This document shows, in pieces, positions 53,715-64,000 of a stretch of 64,000 nucleotides of DNA (positions are counted from its first letter, which is position 1; each line of letters begins with the position of its first letter). The position numbers were made by a program, and so were the translations under genes. Under the pieces are notes generated by a model. The model did no database searches. It had not been told where the DNA came from and saw only the letters and a program-made list of their open reading frames with translations. The stretch spans positions 2,944,001 to 3,008,000 of the forward strand of contig OY762007.1 of the NCBI GenBank assembly GCA_963665115.1, given 5' to 3'. Origin of the DNA: an uncultured Rivularia sp. Lineage in GTDB: Bacteria > Cyanobacteriota > Cyanobacteriia > Cyanobacteriales > Nostocaceae.

Positions 53715-54512
53715 TTACTCAAACTGGAATTCCCATTCAGACAAGTGTTTGAGTCCATTAGGGTAAGTTAGATTGTAATGCAAAGGAGTAATACTGATGT
53801 AGTTATCGCGGATAACACGTACATCAATCGGTATATTTTCTGGTAAATTGAAACTTACTGGCGGTTCTACATCTTCAAGAACTTCTCCTGTTAGCCAATA
53901 GTAAGTTTTACCCCGTGGATCTACTCGTTTATCAAATACGTCAACGTAGCGTCGCACTCCTTGACGGGTGAATTTAACTCCTTTGATTTGCGACGATTCC
54001 ACCGCCGGAATGTTAACGTTAAGTAAAATTGAATCCGGTAAAGATTTTAATCGTAATTGTTCTACAAGTATTTTGGCAAAGTTAGCCGCAACTTCAAAAT
54101 TCTTGGAAGAGTAGCTAGTAAGGCTAAATGCAACGCTAGGAATTCCTTCAATCAAACCTTCCATAGCAGCCGAAACAGTACCAGAATAAAGAATTTCCGT
54201 TCCCAAATTAGCACCTTGATTAATCCCAGAAAGAACTAATTCAGGGGGTGAATCCAGCAAAGCCCACAGCGCTAATTTTACGCAATCTGAGGGAGTACCA
54301 TCACAAGCCCAAGCCTTGATATTAGGATGAAACAACGATTCGACAATTTCAGCGCGAATCGGTTGATGCAAAGTCAAGCCGTGTCCCGTTGCGGAACGTT
54401 CCCTATCCGGGCAAACTACACTCACATCATGACCGGCTTCTACCATAGTGTTGGCTAAGGCACGTATGCCCTTAGCGTAAATACCGTCATCGTTAGAAAT
54501 TAACAATCTCAT
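53715..54512 (-). CDS. surE: 5'/3'-nucleotidase SurE
   Basis: SNDDG, GTPSDCV, SGIN.G.N and YSGTV. Confidence 0.96.
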   Translation of the reverse strand: MRLLISNDDGIYAKGIRALANTMVEAGHDVSVVCPDRERSATGHGLTLHQPIRAEIVESLFHPNIKAWACDGTPSDCVKLALWALLDSPPELVLSGINQGANLGTEILYSGTVSAAMEGLIEGIPSVAFSLTSYSSKNFEVAANFAKILVEQLRLKSLPDSILLNVNIPAVESSQIKGVKFTRQGVRRYVDVFDKRVDPRGKTYYWLTGEVLEDVEPPVSFNLPENIPIDVRVIRDNYISITPLHYNLTYPNGLKHLSEWEFQFE

Positions 54513-54790
54513 TATTAGTTAGTTGATAGTTGATAGTTGTTAGTTGCTATTCACATATTGCACTAATTGCGATAACCCGAGGGAGAGAAGGGGAAGTTTC
54601 GGGGGTAGAGGAGGTAAAATTTATTAACTCGTGACTCGCTACCTTGTAACTCCTAACTCCTCTGTGACCTAACTCCTGACTTTTAACAGTTGCTTTCTAC
54701 GGATCAATGGCATTATTACTATTGTGGTTGTTGGTTTCCCGGTCGCTGATGACTAATAACTAATAACTAATAACTAATAACTAATGACTG

Positions 54791-55788
54791 ATGACTAGCG
54801 ATTTACAATCTCAATTAGAAGAATTACGTATTGAAGCCGAAAAAGCAATTACTAGCGCTGATTCTTTGGAAAGCTTGGATGAACTCAGGGTTAATTATCT
54901 GGGTAAGAAAGGTCAGTTGGGTGTTCTGCTGCGCGGTATGGGTAAATTAAGCGCTGAAGAACGACCAAAAATTGGTGCGATCGCCAATGTTGTTAAGGAA
55001 GCTTTACAAAACAATTTAGATCGACAGCGTGTAGCTTTAGAAACGGCGAAAATCCAAGCCCAGATTGAATCAGAAACGATTGATGTGACGATGCCGGGGG
55101 TTTTTCGCCCTCAAGGTCGCATTCATCCGCTGAATGGTGTTATTGACCGAACTCTAGATATTTTCGTGGGTATGGGTTATACGGTTGCCGCTGGACCGGA
55201 AATGGAAAGCGATTATTATAATTTTGAAGCGCTCAATACTCCCCCAGACCATCCCGCTCGCGATATGCAGGATACTTTTTATCTTCCCGACGGAAATCTG
55301 CTGCGGACTCAAACTTCTTCGGTGCAAATTCGATTCATGGAAGAAAGCGAACCACCGATTCGGATTATTGCACCAGGGGACGCTGTTATCGGAAAGATGA
55401 TGTAGACGCAACTCACACAGCAGTTTTTCATCAAATGGAACTTTTGGCAGTTGACGAAGGATTAACTTTTACCGACCTCAAAGGTACGATCAAAGAATTT
55501 TTAGAAGCGATGTTTGGTGAAATCGAAGATATTCGTTTCCGAGCAAGTTACTTCCCATTCACCGAACCCTCAGCCGAAGTAGATTTAAAGTGGAAGGGAC
55601 GCTGGTTAGAAGTAATGGGTTGCGGTATGGTAGACCCAAATGTTTTGAAAGCTGTAGGTTACGACCCAGAAGTATATACTGGGTTTGCCGCTGGTTTTGG
55701 TGTAGAGCGTTTTGCAATGGTATTACATCAACTTGATGACATCCGCCGCGTTTATGCCAGTGATTTGCGATTTTTACAGCAGTTTTGA
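54791..55788 (+). CDS. pheS: Phenylalanine-tRNA ligase alpha subunit; +1 frameshift at ~55376-55379
   Basis: [25 protein letters not shown] and GFGVERF. Removing one G gives [14 protein letters not shown]. Confidence 0.96.
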
Positions 55789-55986
55789 AGATTGGGAATT
55801 GGGAATTGGAGATGGGGAGATGGGGAGATGGGGAGATGGGGAGATGGGAAGATAATCAACACAGCTTATTGTAAGCAGGGAGCGAGACGCTCCCACTACA
55901 TTTCTAATTCCCAAATATTACCGATTACCAATTACCAATGCCCAATTCCCAATGCCCAATGCCCAATGCCCAATTCCCAATTCCTA

Positions 55987-57429
55987 TTACCGACAATTAT
56001 CACAATGCCCACAATGTAAATTCGTTGCTTCTTTTTCAAATCCGAAAGCGGTTAATAAGAATTGCCACCGGCATTTTTTTGTAGTTAGATACTGCTGCAT
56101 TTGATTTCGGGGGTGCGATCGCCGATCTGTTTTATTTTTCGATTCTTTTGAAATACTGTAGTTAAAAGGATCGATCCACTTTAATTTACCCATGCTATGG
56201 AGTAAAGATAGCGCTATTGGTGCATCGGGGAATTTTTGCGTTACTGTTTGTAATTCTCCTGTAGGCGGTAATTTTTTAATTAATTGTTTTGCTGTAAGCT
56301 GTTGTTCTCTTATCTTCTCTTCAAAAAATTTCTGTCTTTGTTTGTCTTCTGGATTCAAGAATCCGGTGGGTTCGCTAATTAATGTCAATGTCTCTGCGGG
56401 CTTCCCATCTCTTCCAGCCCGTCCAATTTCCTGTACGTATTCTGATAGTAATAATGGTGCTTGATAGTGAATCACCCATCGAACATCAGGTTTATTAATT
56501 CCCATGCCGAAAGCTGACGTACAAACCACAAAGGGTATTTTTCCACTCAACCAGCTAGCTTCAATCTCGCGTCTTTCTTCTGCACCCAATCCGCCGTGAT
56601 AGCTAGCAGTCTTGTTACCTTTTTGCGTCAACCATGCGGCTAAATTTTCACTATCTTTCCGCGTGCGAACGTAAACTAATCCGGAGGTTTGTTGATTTTT
56701 GTGAACAAACTTTAACAATTGTTGCGTTCTTCCTTGTGGAGTCCAAATAATCCGGACGTTCGGGTTAAGATTGCTTCTATAAGGATTCAGTTTAAATACA
56801 GCAGGTTGCTGCAATCGTAAAGTTTCTGAAATTACAGTTTGGGCTAAAGGGTCGGCAGTGGCGGTAAAAGCGGCTAGCGCTATTTTTGTTCCTCTTCTTT
56901 TTAACTTGAGTAGCGCTGGTCTTACTGCCCCTAATCTTCGATAAGCTGGTCTAAAACTATCACCCCACTGCACTAAGCAATGTGCTTCGTCTAATATTAA
57001 ACCGTTAATTTCAAGTTCTGGGTGAGATAATCTTTCCCAAACTGGGGGACTGAGTAAAGTTTCTGGGGATAGGTAAAGTAATCTTAGCTGTTGTCTTTCC
57101 AATGCCTGTAGAGTTTGGCGACGTTGAGGAGAAGATAATTGACTGTGTAATAAAGCCGCTTTTAGATTGCGTTCTTTTAATTCCTGTACTTGGTTTTCCA
57201 TCAGTGCTACCAAGGGAGAAACCACCAAAGTTAAGCCTGTTTGTAAAAGTGCGGGAAGCTGGAAGCAGATTGATTTACCCCCGCCGGTGGGCATAATAAT
57301 TAAAGTATCTTTTTTGGCGAGTAGACTTTGGACTATTTCGCCTTGGGGTGGACGGAAATCTTCATAGCCCCAAATTTGCTGAAATGTAGCGCGAACGTTT
57401 TGCCATGATGGGATTTGGGCTTGATTCAT
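55987..57429 (-). CDS. recQ: RecQ family ATP-dependent DNA helicase
   Basis: PTGGGKS, DEAHC, TATA, QEIGRAGRDG and a C-terminal Cys cluster. Likely start at 57429. Confidence 0.92.
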   Translation of the reverse strand: MNQAQIPSWQNVRATFQQIWGYEDFRPPQGEIVQSLLAKKDTLIIMPTGGGKSICFQLPALLQTGLTLVVSPLVALMENQVQELKERNLKAALLHSQLSSPQRRQTLQALERQQLRLLYLSPETLLSPPVWERLSHPELEINGLILDEAHCLVQWGDSFRPAYRRLGAVRPALLKLKRRGTKIALAAFTATADPLAQTVISETLRLQQPAVFKLNPYRSNLNPNVRIIWTPQGRTQQLLKFVHKNQQTSGLVYVRTRKDSENLAAWLTQKGNKTASYHGGLGAEERREIEASWLSGKIPFVVCTSAFGMGINKPDVRWVIHYQAPLLLSEYVQEIGRAGRDGKPAETLTLISEPTGFLNPEDKQRQKFFEEKIREQQLTAKQLIKKLPPTGELQTVTQKFPDAPIALSLLHSMGKLKWIDPFNYSISKESKNKTDRRSHPRNQMQQYLTTKKCRWQFLLTAFGFEKEATNLHCGHCDNCR

Positions 57430-57675
57430 AGTAAATGAGTAGATACACCCCTCGCCTTGCACACTTTTTATGACGAGCTTTGAATATAGCTTTAGTTAAT
57501 TACATATAGGTACAGTATTTTTACCTATTATGTCTCTAAGTTTTCGGGTGAATTTTGGTAAGCTTAAAAATAGTTTGATGTTTGTAGAAGTAGGTTTGTA
57601 TAAATATTGTTAAATTAAAATAGAATATTCTCTTTTAAACGCAAAGGTACGCAGAGAGAAGAAGGAGTAAAGATA

Positions 57676-58428
57676 TTGATTTCTAAAGCTTTTATTCAAG
57701 AACAAGGAAATGTAAGACTCAGAGATGAGGAGCAACTTGTTAGTGAAGAATTGAAGAGAAGAGGTATTTTAATTAGTTTTTATACGGAGAAGCGCATTAA
57801 AAGAAAACAGCTTCCACTTGATAATCAGTCTTTAGTGGTTGGTGATATATCATGTGTTTTGGGAGCATTAAAACAGCTTGGGATTCCAGAACCTTTACTT
57901 AATGATTATCCGGCTTCTCTGAATAATTTTATGCACCGTAAAACGTGGATATCTACAGTTTCAGAATTGGAAAGAAGATTCCTCTATGGTAGATATGCGC
58001 CAGTGTTTGCTAAACCCGCAACTCGTCGCAAGCGTTTTACTGGTTGCGTTTTTGAAACGGAATACGATTTATATAAAATTCACGGAATATCCCGCCAAGA
58101 AAAGTTGCTTTGCTCGGAAGTTGTTTCTTGGGTGAGTGAATATCGGGTTTATGTTGTTAATTCGGAAATTAGAAGCATTGATTTTTATGATGGAAATATC
58201 GATGTTTTGATAGATGTTGAGAAAGTTCAGGAAGCGATGAAATATCTTGACGATGCTGGAGAATCTTATGCTGGTTATGCAATTGATTTTGGGGTTTTAG
58301 ATTCGGGAGAAACTGCGCTAGTAGAGATGAATGATGGTTTTGCTGTTGGAGCTTACAATATTGATAGAAAAAATTACACGGATTTGATTTTGGCTCGATG
58401 GGAGGAGCTTTTATCTACCTGCTATTAA
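57676..58428 (+). CDS. ATP-grasp domain protein (DUF4343/R2K-like)
   Basis: DYP, FAKP....KRFTG, SEYRVYV, IDFG and VEMNDG..G.Y. Confidence 0.75.
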   Translation: MISKAFIQEQGNVRLRDEEQLVSEELKRRGILISFYTEKRIKRKQLPLDNQSLVVGDISCVLGALKQLGIPEPLLNDYPASLNNFMHRKTWISTVSELERRFLYGRYAPVFAKPATRRKRFTGCVFETEYDLYKIHGISRQEKLLCSEVVSWVSEYRVYVVNSEIRSIDFYDGNIDVLIDVEKVQEAMKYLDDAGESYAGYAIDFGVLDSGETALVEMNDGFAVGAYNIDRKNYTDLILARWEELLSTCY

Positions 58429-58430
58429 AA

Positions 58431-59261
58431 TCAATCATCCTTTGTATAAGACAAAATAAAATAACGAATTATCCCCCAACGGCTTACTCTTTCGGCAAAA
58501 TTGATTATTTTATCTTCTTTGTTTTGTAATTTTCTTACCAGGGAATAGGTTGGTAAAGTATTGCGGGTAATATCTTCTTCTATTAAAGTTGTAAAACCTA
58601 TATTTTTCGATAATTTACGATAATTACTAAGGCTAAAATTAAGATCCACTTCTCCGAGGGTTTTTAATAAAGTATCTTTTGCTAACTCGGAACCTGTTTT
58701 TATGATGGGTTTAATTATTTGTCTGGGTACAAAGTCGCTCAGAGCAAGTGTTCCCCCCGGTTTTAAAACTCGTGATGCTTCTTGAAAAAACTGCTGTCGG
58801 CTGGGAAAATGAAATATACACTCCACAGCAAGTACTGCATCAAAAGAATTATCTTCAAAAGGTAATTCGCAGGCATTCGCTTCTACAAATTCAATGTGAT
58901 TTTGGGCGCGAGGTTGAACTTTTTCTTTAGCTCTTGCTAATTGCCGAGAGTCAATATTTAATCCAGTTAACTGCATATTATTAAAGCGATTATTTAAACT
59001 AGCAATAGTTCCACCAAAGCCACAACCGCAGTCTAAAACGCGCATATTATCCGTAACTTTGGCTGAATCGCATACTTTTTGAGATAATTTTTCTGCTGCT
59101 TGAGTAAAGTCTTTTATGGAACCATCTGAATAATTTATATTTTCCCAGTAACCCCAGTGGACGTGATTTCCAAAGCTTTGAATTATTTCTGTTTTGCTTT
59201 GTTGGAAGTCTTTGAATAGTGCGTCGAAGTACGGTAGGTTGACTGTTTTTTCTTCAGACAT
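58431..59261 (-). CDS. SAM-dependent methyltransferase
   Basis: HVHWGYW, LDCGCGFGG, LPFEDNSFD and RVLKPGG. Confidence 0.92.
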   Translation of the reverse strand: MSEEKTVNLPYFDALFKDFQQSKTEIIQSFGNHVHWGYWENINYSDGSIKDFTQAAEKLSQKVCDSAKVTDNMRVLDCGCGFGGTIASLNNRFNNMQLTGLNIDSRQLARAKEKVQPRAQNHIEFVEANACELPFEDNSFDAVLAVECIFHFPSRQQFFQEASRVLKPGGTLALSDFVPRQIIKPIIKTGSELAKDTLLKTLGEVDLNFSLSNYRKLSKNIGFTTLIEEDITRNTLPTYSLVRKLQNKEDKIINFAERVSRWGIIRYFILSYTKDD

Positions 59262-59262
59262 T

Positions 59263-59298
59263 TAGATCCCCCCAACCCCCCTTAACAAGGGGGGCTTT
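59263..59298. repeat. Nostocales-type intergenic hairpin repeat
   Basis: cccccctt-aac-aagggggg. Confidence 0.6.
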
Positions 59299-59364
59299 TT
59301 GTGATTACTATTAATCTTAATGCATTAAGGTTGTATCAATAAGCGTAATAAAATATGAAAAATT

Positions 59365-59991
59365 CTAAAATTTAGCATCTGTAAAATCTGTATTGGTAAG
59401 CTTTGCTCCAGCGAAATCTGTTGCTTCTAGGTTTGCTGAAGTAAAATTAGCGTATGTTAGATCGGATTTTTGAAAGTTTGTAGATTGTCCAACTCTATTC
59501 ATTGTAAAAGCTCCAGTTATTCCTATGAATATAAGTAACAAAAATAAACTATTTAAAGAATAGAATAAAGCAGTTCCAATTAATAATCCAAGAACAAATC
59601 CTAAATAGGCATAGACTTTATACGTTAGCTTTGGTTTTACTAAAATAGCTATTATTCCGAAAATAAAACTAATAACTATTGTTGATATATTTGGTATAAC
59701 AGTTGGCAAATAGGAGTCAGGGTTACTTGTAAATAAATGAACAGTAATATATATTGGAACCCATATAATTAAGCTACATAAAATTGCAAGGTATATAAAG
59801 ATAAATTTTATTAAGAGTACTGAAGCAAAACCAGCTAAAATATACATTGAAGCTTTGAATTGATAATCTGTTTTCTGTTCCTTAGTAAAAAAAATCGGTC
59901 TAAATAGAACAATAATCAAAGTCACTATTGTACCGAATAAAAAATCTATAAATGGTTTGAAATCATTATAATCTGGAAAACTATCTGCCAT
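59365..59991 (-). CDS. Membrane protein with C-terminal pentapeptide repeats
   Basis: Several TM segments, then TNFQKSDLTYANFTSANLEATDF. Confidence 0.7.
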   Translation of the reverse strand: MADSFPDYNDFKPFIDFLFGTIVTLIIVLFRPIFFTKEQKTDYQFKASMYILAGFASVLLIKFIFIYLAILCSLIIWVPIYITVHLFTSNPDSYLPTVIPNISTIVISFIFGIIAILVKPKLTYKVYAYLGFVLGLLIGTALFYSLNSLFLLLIFIGITGAFTMNRVGQSTNFQKSDLTYANFTSANLEATDFAGAKLTNTDFTDAKF

Positions 59992-60061
59992 ATCTAAAAA
60001 CTAAAAATTTAACTAATTGATATAACTACTTATTACTTTGATTATGAGTTGACCAAAAATT

Positions 60062-60598
60062 TTAGTATGTATATCTCCACAAAATATAAACTATATTCTT
60101 AGCTGCTAACACTAATAAGATTAAAGTTAACCAAATAGGAATAATTCTAATATCAGCAAAAGTTTTCACTGTTAACTTAAGTAAATTTGGTAAATAACTA
60201 TTTATCTTGTTAGTATCTATTTTAGTTTTCCACACACAACCTATCATTGCACCTGAAAAAACAGCTATTTCTCCGACCGCGAATGCTAAAGTTTCTGCTA
60301 AATTAAAATTTGTATTATTTAGAGGTTCATTTATGCCATTAACTGGTTTTCTTAAATCAAGTAACGGGTAAGTCATATACAGAACAATAGCAGCAGATAT
60401 TAACAAAACAATTCCAAAAGCGGGAATCACCCAAGAATTTGGAATTCCTGCTTTACAATTAGTAAAGTTTGCTCCTCGAAGAATTGCGTTACTAAAATCA
60501 GCGCCCTGAATATTAGTATTACTGAAATTTGCACCTGTAAGGTCTTCTCCTTTAAAAGAATAATCTTGAAGGTTTTGATTAGAGAAATTTTTCGGCAT
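60062..60598 (-). CDS. Protein with N-terminal pentapeptide repeats and TM segments
   Basis: MPKNFSNQNLQ..SFKGEDLTGANFS...GADFSNAILRGANF. Confidence 0.7.
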   Translation of the reverse strand: MPKNFSNQNLQDYSFKGEDLTGANFSNTNIQGADFSNAILRGANFTNCKAGIPNSWVIPAFGIVLLISAAIVLYMTYPLLDLRKPVNGINEPLNNTNFNLAETLAFAVGEIAVFSGAMIGCVWKTKIDTNKINSYLPNLLKLTVKTFADIRIIPIWLTLILLVLAAKNIVYILWRYTY

Positions 60599-60706
60599 TT
60601 TGATCGTGAAAGGTTTATTTATTTGGTGATAACATAAACAACTTAATTTAGTCATCAGTCATCTAAACTAAGTTAATCAACTTGCGAAATATTCGAGAGT
60701 TGTTAT

Positions 60707-61570
60707 TCAACCTCCACCTCCTCCACCTCCTCCACCTCCACCTCCACCACCTCCACCTCCACCACCTCCACCTCCACTACCTCCACTACCATCACCACCA
60801 TTTTTTCCTGTTGAATATGAGAAAAGGAACAAAATTAATAGTAAAGGGAATAGAAATATTAATGAAAATAATAGGGTTATGACAAATATTGTGAATGCGC
60901 TAACTTCAATAGGCTCTCGCATTTTTTTATCATATGCAATAACTTTGACTTCAATTTCCTGATAAGGCGGTATATTGCCAGTGGAGACAAACTCTACAGT
61001 ATTTTCGTCTATTTGTTTTGCTTTAGTTGATACGCCATAACTTCTAAATTCTTGAATTTTACGTGAAAATGATTTCGGGAATGAAACTCTTACTTTGGCT
61101 TTACGAATAGAAGCATTGCGTTTTGGAAATATTGCTTTCCAATAAACTTCGTATTTTTCATCATAAATATTTAACCCACCAATAACTCGATATTTTAAAG
61201 TAAAAGTATGTTTTTCTGGGGGATTCAATTCGTGCTGCCATCGAATCCAGAAATTATTATTTTCGATTCCGGTATCAAATGCAATTATTTTATCTTCTTC
61301 AAATACAGATACATCAGATATCTCGTCTATTTTATCTAAAGGTATGTAACGATATCGTTCATTTCTACCGGGTTTAGTAAATACATATTTTTGATTTTCT
61401 GTAATCAGCATATCCCCATTAGTTTGCATATCAATATCTACGTTAATAAAATCCCAATAGAAATAGTAAGGATATGTTGCTGCTGTGGCTGGAGCTATAT
61501 TACTTAAACTAATTAAAATAGCTAATAAAATAGAAGTAATAATTTGATATATTTTTTGTCTGGTTTTCAT
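60707..61570 (-). CDS. DUF2207-like membrane protein with poly-glycine tail
   Basis: Signal peptide, G.M.ITE, Y.V.G...YWKAI, one TM segment and 22 terminal Gly. Confidence 0.75.
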   Translation of the reverse strand: MKTRQKIYQIITSILLAILISLSNIAPATAATYPYYFYWDFINVDIDMQTNGDMLITENQKYVFTKPGRNERYRYIPLDKIDEISDVSVFEEDKIIAFDTGIENNNFWIRWQHELNPPEKHTFTLKYRVIGGLNIYDEKYEVYWKAIFPKRNASIRKAKVRVSFPKSFSRKIQEFRSYGVSTKAKQIDENTVEFVSTGNIPPYQEIEVKVIAYDKKMREPIEVSAFTIFVITLLFSLIFLFPLLLILFLFSYSTGKNGGDGSGGSGGGGGGGGGGGGGGGGGGGGGG

Positions 61571-61619
61571 TGCATAAAATACTTACAATAAAATTAATTG
61601 TTATTATAAACTTAAAACA

Positions 61620-62189
61620 ATGGTCGCATCCCCACAGCAAGACTACATCACCCCGGAAGAATACCTCCAACTAGAGCAAGAAAGCGATGTCAAGCACGAA
61701 TACATCGACGGTTACGCTTATGCAATGGCTGGTGCTAACGATGCTCACGTTACTGTTTCATTAAATTTAGCTACACTCCTTCGCAGTCATGTACGGGGTT
61801 CTGGTTGTCGCGTTTTCATTTCGGATATGAAAGCTCGTATAGAAAAATCAAATCGATATTATTACCCTGATGTTATGGTTACTTGCGACGAGAGAGATAA
61901 GGCAAATGCTACAGAAAAGAAATTCCCTTGTTTAATTGTTGAAGTTTTATCTGATTCTACAGAAGCATTTGATAGAGGTGATAAATTTGCAGATTATCAA
62001 CAGTTAGAAACCCTTCAAGAATACGTTTTAATTAATGTCAAACGTCAGCGAGTTGAGTGTTTGCGACGCAATAGTGAAGGGCTTTGGGTATTACAATCTT
62101 ATACTTCAGAGGAAAAATTTTTTGAACTTAAAAGTATTAATTTTGAAGGGGAAATGAGCGCTCTTTATGAGGATGTGGTTTTTGATTGA
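61620..62189 (+). CDS. Uma2 family (DUF820) putative endonuclease
   Basis: KHEYIDG..AMAG, YPDVMV, VEVLSDST, DRGDK and EYVLI. Confidence 0.92.
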   Translation: MVASPQQDYITPEEYLQLEQESDVKHEYIDGYAYAMAGANDAHVTVSLNLATLLRSHVRGSGCRVFISDMKARIEKSNRYYYPDVMVTCDERDKANATEKKFPCLIVEVLSDSTEAFDRGDKFADYQQLETLQEYVLINVKRQRVECLRRNSEGLWVLQSYTSEEKFFELKSINFEGEMSALYEDVVFD

Positions 62190-62218
62190 CTCCATAATAG
62201 TAAATTTAAAATTAATAG

Positions 62219-63277
62219 ATGATGAAAAAAAATTATTGGAAAGCACTTGTAGCATCAATTACAGTATTAACTTTTGCTGTTTTTAGTTGCACTGCAATTA
62301 GTTCAGATAGGGATTCAACTACTCACTCATCACAAAATAGTCAACTACTTCGTACCATCTCAACATCTGGTTCGGGTTATTCAATTGCTTATTCTCCAGC
62401 AATATCTAAGGCAAAAAACAGCCCTGTTGATTCTGCTCTTCTTGCTAGTGGTGGTTCTAACGTTAAGCTGTGGAATCTCAGCGCTGGAAAACTCCTCCGC
62501 ACCTTTAGGGGACAGTCCTGGGTTGTGAGCTTTAGCCCAAACGGTGAGATTCTCGCTAGTGGGAGTCAGGATGGAACCCTCAAGCTGTGGAATGTTAGTA
62601 CTGGTAAACTTATTCGTACTTTCAAACATTCACAACCAATAAGTGATGCGGTCTTTAGTCCCGATGGGCAGATACTTGCCAGCGGTCCGGATTTTGCATC
62701 TAAAATTAAGTTGTGGAATCTAAGCACTGGAGAAACCATTTCTATTCCGGATGACCCCAGCGATACGTTTAACGTTAAAACTGAGCCTATTGGTTTTACC
62801 CCAGATAGTCAGTATTTATTTGCTAGAAATGCTTCTGGCTCTGCCACTAAGTTATGGAATATTAGTTCGGGTAAACTCATCCGCAGTTTCGATGCTAAGT
62901 CTTATATTGAAACTGTAGCTATCAGCCCGGATGGAAAAATTCTTGCTACTGGACTGCGTGACAACGCTATTAAGCTGTGGAATGTTAATACGGGCGAACT
63001 AATCCGTACTTTAATTGGTCATGCAGGTCAAGTTATGACAGTCGCTTTCAGTCCGGATGGAAAGACACTTGCTAGTGGTAGTTGGGACGATACTATTAAG
63101 CTATGGAATGTTAATACTAACAATGCTGCGAGCGAAACCATACCCGAAGGGCTTATCGCTACTTTTAAGGGACATAAAGACAAAGTTTGGTCTGTCGCTT
63201 TTAATCCAGATGGAAAGACACTTGCTAGCACCAGTCAGGATGACACGATCAAAATTTGGCGCGTACCATCGCAATGA
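62219..63277 (+). CDS. Exported WD40-repeat protein
   Basis: Signal/lipoprotein-like N-terminus and repeated FSPDG..LAS.S.D.TIKLW. Confidence 0.92.
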   Translation: MMKKNYWKALVASITVLTFAVFSCTAISSDRDSTTHSSQNSQLLRTISTSGSGYSIAYSPAISKAKNSPVDSALLASGGSNVKLWNLSAGKLLRTFRGQSWVVSFSPNGEILASGSQDGTLKLWNVSTGKLIRTFKHSQPISDAVFSPDGQILASGPDFASKIKLWNLSTGETISIPDDPSDTFNVKTEPIGFTPDSQYLFARNASGSATKLWNISSGKLIRSFDAKSYIETVAISPDGKILATGLRDNAIKLWNVNTGELIRTLIGHAGQVMTVAFSPDGKTLASGSWDDTIKLWNVNTNNAASETIPEGLIATFKGHKDKVWSVAFNPDGKTLASTSQDDTIKIWRVPSQ

Positions 63278-63281
63278 ATTA

Positions 63282-63953
63282 TTAGCGACCATAATTTTGT
63301 ACAGAATCGGGAACTTGAACTCCTTTAATCAAACGCTCATCAGCGATCGCCTTACCTGGAATCATCCGCAATGGTAAAACACCAGCCCATACTGGTAAAT
63401 CGTAATCCGCTTCATCATCTACAGGATTGCCAGTACGCATTTTCGCGGATGCTTCTGTTAAAGCTAGAGAGAGTACCATTGTTCCTTGTAATTCTTGTTT
63501 ATTCGGCTGACGTACTTCTTGCCAACGTTGCGGTACAACCTGTTCGGTAAAGGCTCGCAGCGCTTCTGATTTTTCTTCAGTATCATTTACTAAAGTCGCA
63601 GTACCGAATATTACTACAGAACGGTAATTCATCGAGTGGTGAAACGCCGAACGCGCTAATACTAATCCATCTAATAAAGTTACCGTAACGCATACTTCGA
63701 TACCTTGGGTTAAATTACGCAACATTCTACTTGCTGGTGAACCGTGAATATAAAGTTTGTCGTCAATTCTTCCATAAGCGGTGGGAATTACAAATGGTTG
63801 ATTGTTTGCAATAAATCCAACATGACAAATTAATGCTTCATCTAAGATGTTGTAGATAACTTGAGTTTCGTAATTGCCGCGTTTTGGTACTCTTTTTATT
63901 TTGCTGCGTTGGGTAGGAGTGAGTTGATTGGTTTCGTTGTTGGAAGTAGTCAT
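63282..63953 (-). CDS. Pyridoxamine 5'-phosphate oxidase family (NimA-like FMN-binding) protein
   Basis: PFVIPT, HGS..SR, DGLVLARSAFHHSMNYRSV and WAGVLP. Likely start at 63953. Confidence 0.9.
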   Translation of the reverse strand: MTTSNNETNQLTPTQRSKIKRVPKRGNYETQVIYNILDEALICHVGFIANNQPFVIPTAYGRIDDKLYIHGSPASRMLRNLTQGIEVCVTVTLLDGLVLARSAFHHSMNYRSVVIFGTATLVNDTEEKSEALRAFTEQVVPQRWQEVRQPNKQELQGTMVLSLALTEASAKMRTGNPVDDEADYDLPVWAGVLPLRMIPGKAIADERLIKGVQVPDSVQNYGR

Positions 63954-64000
63954 GGTTTTTTGGTTTGTATATTCTTTCAAAGTAATTTGCGTAGTGTGAG

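Noticed and set aside
54791..55788. pheS and ribF as true pseudogenes or programmed frameshifts
   Set aside because: Both are normally essential, there is no slippery heptamer, and the same +1 G-run pattern appears in four other genes. Sequencing error is more parsimonious.
55792..56019. Short ORFs such as MGIGNWRWGDGEMGRWG and 52409-52648 MPNAQCP
   Set aside because: They are translations of heptamer/octamer intergenic repeats.
60682..60882. His/Leu-rich ORF on the + strand
   Set aside because: It is the antisense shadow of the poly-Gly codons.
5389..63350. Abundant GCGATCGC octamers as a novel motif
   Set aside because: This is the well-known cyanobacterial HIP1 sequence.

Overview
This is an AT-rich cyanobacterial window. 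Frequent HIP1 octamers (GCGATCGC), heptamer STRR-type tandem repeats and REP/SDR-like hairpins point to a filamentous Nostocales-type genome (inference). Bases 1-2029 hold the end of a + strand locus (HPr-kinase-like gene and nucleotidyltransferase, a pair typical of lasso-peptide-type clusters). Bases 2185-27763 are a ~25 kb minus-strand polysaccharide cluster: WecG/TagA, wzm/wzt, a methyltransferase-like gene, many GT4/GT2 genes, an epimerase, an embedded prs, two putative PRPP-dependent ribofuranosyltransferase paralogues, glf with a Galf-transferase, and a Wzy-like protein. The rest is housekeeping and accessory genes: two tRNA-Leu, M48 peptidase, murA, TrmH, two multi-PAS histidine kinases, MoxR, ribF, surE, pheS, recQ, DUF4343, Uma2 and WD40. 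The top candidate is a small basic protein with a KGKGG motif (28170-28481) whose ORF contains a strong intrinsic terminator before its stop codon, the non-stop mRNA design of ArfA/BrfA ribosome-rescue factors. Other candidates are a ribofuranose+galactofuranose glycan pathway, an unannotated ~220 nt multi-stem RNA (33762-33981) and an unannotated 45-aa membrane microprotein. Six +1 frameshifts in short G/C runs, including in pheS and ribF, are most likely sequencing artefacts. All family calls are from motif recognition only; no searches were run.
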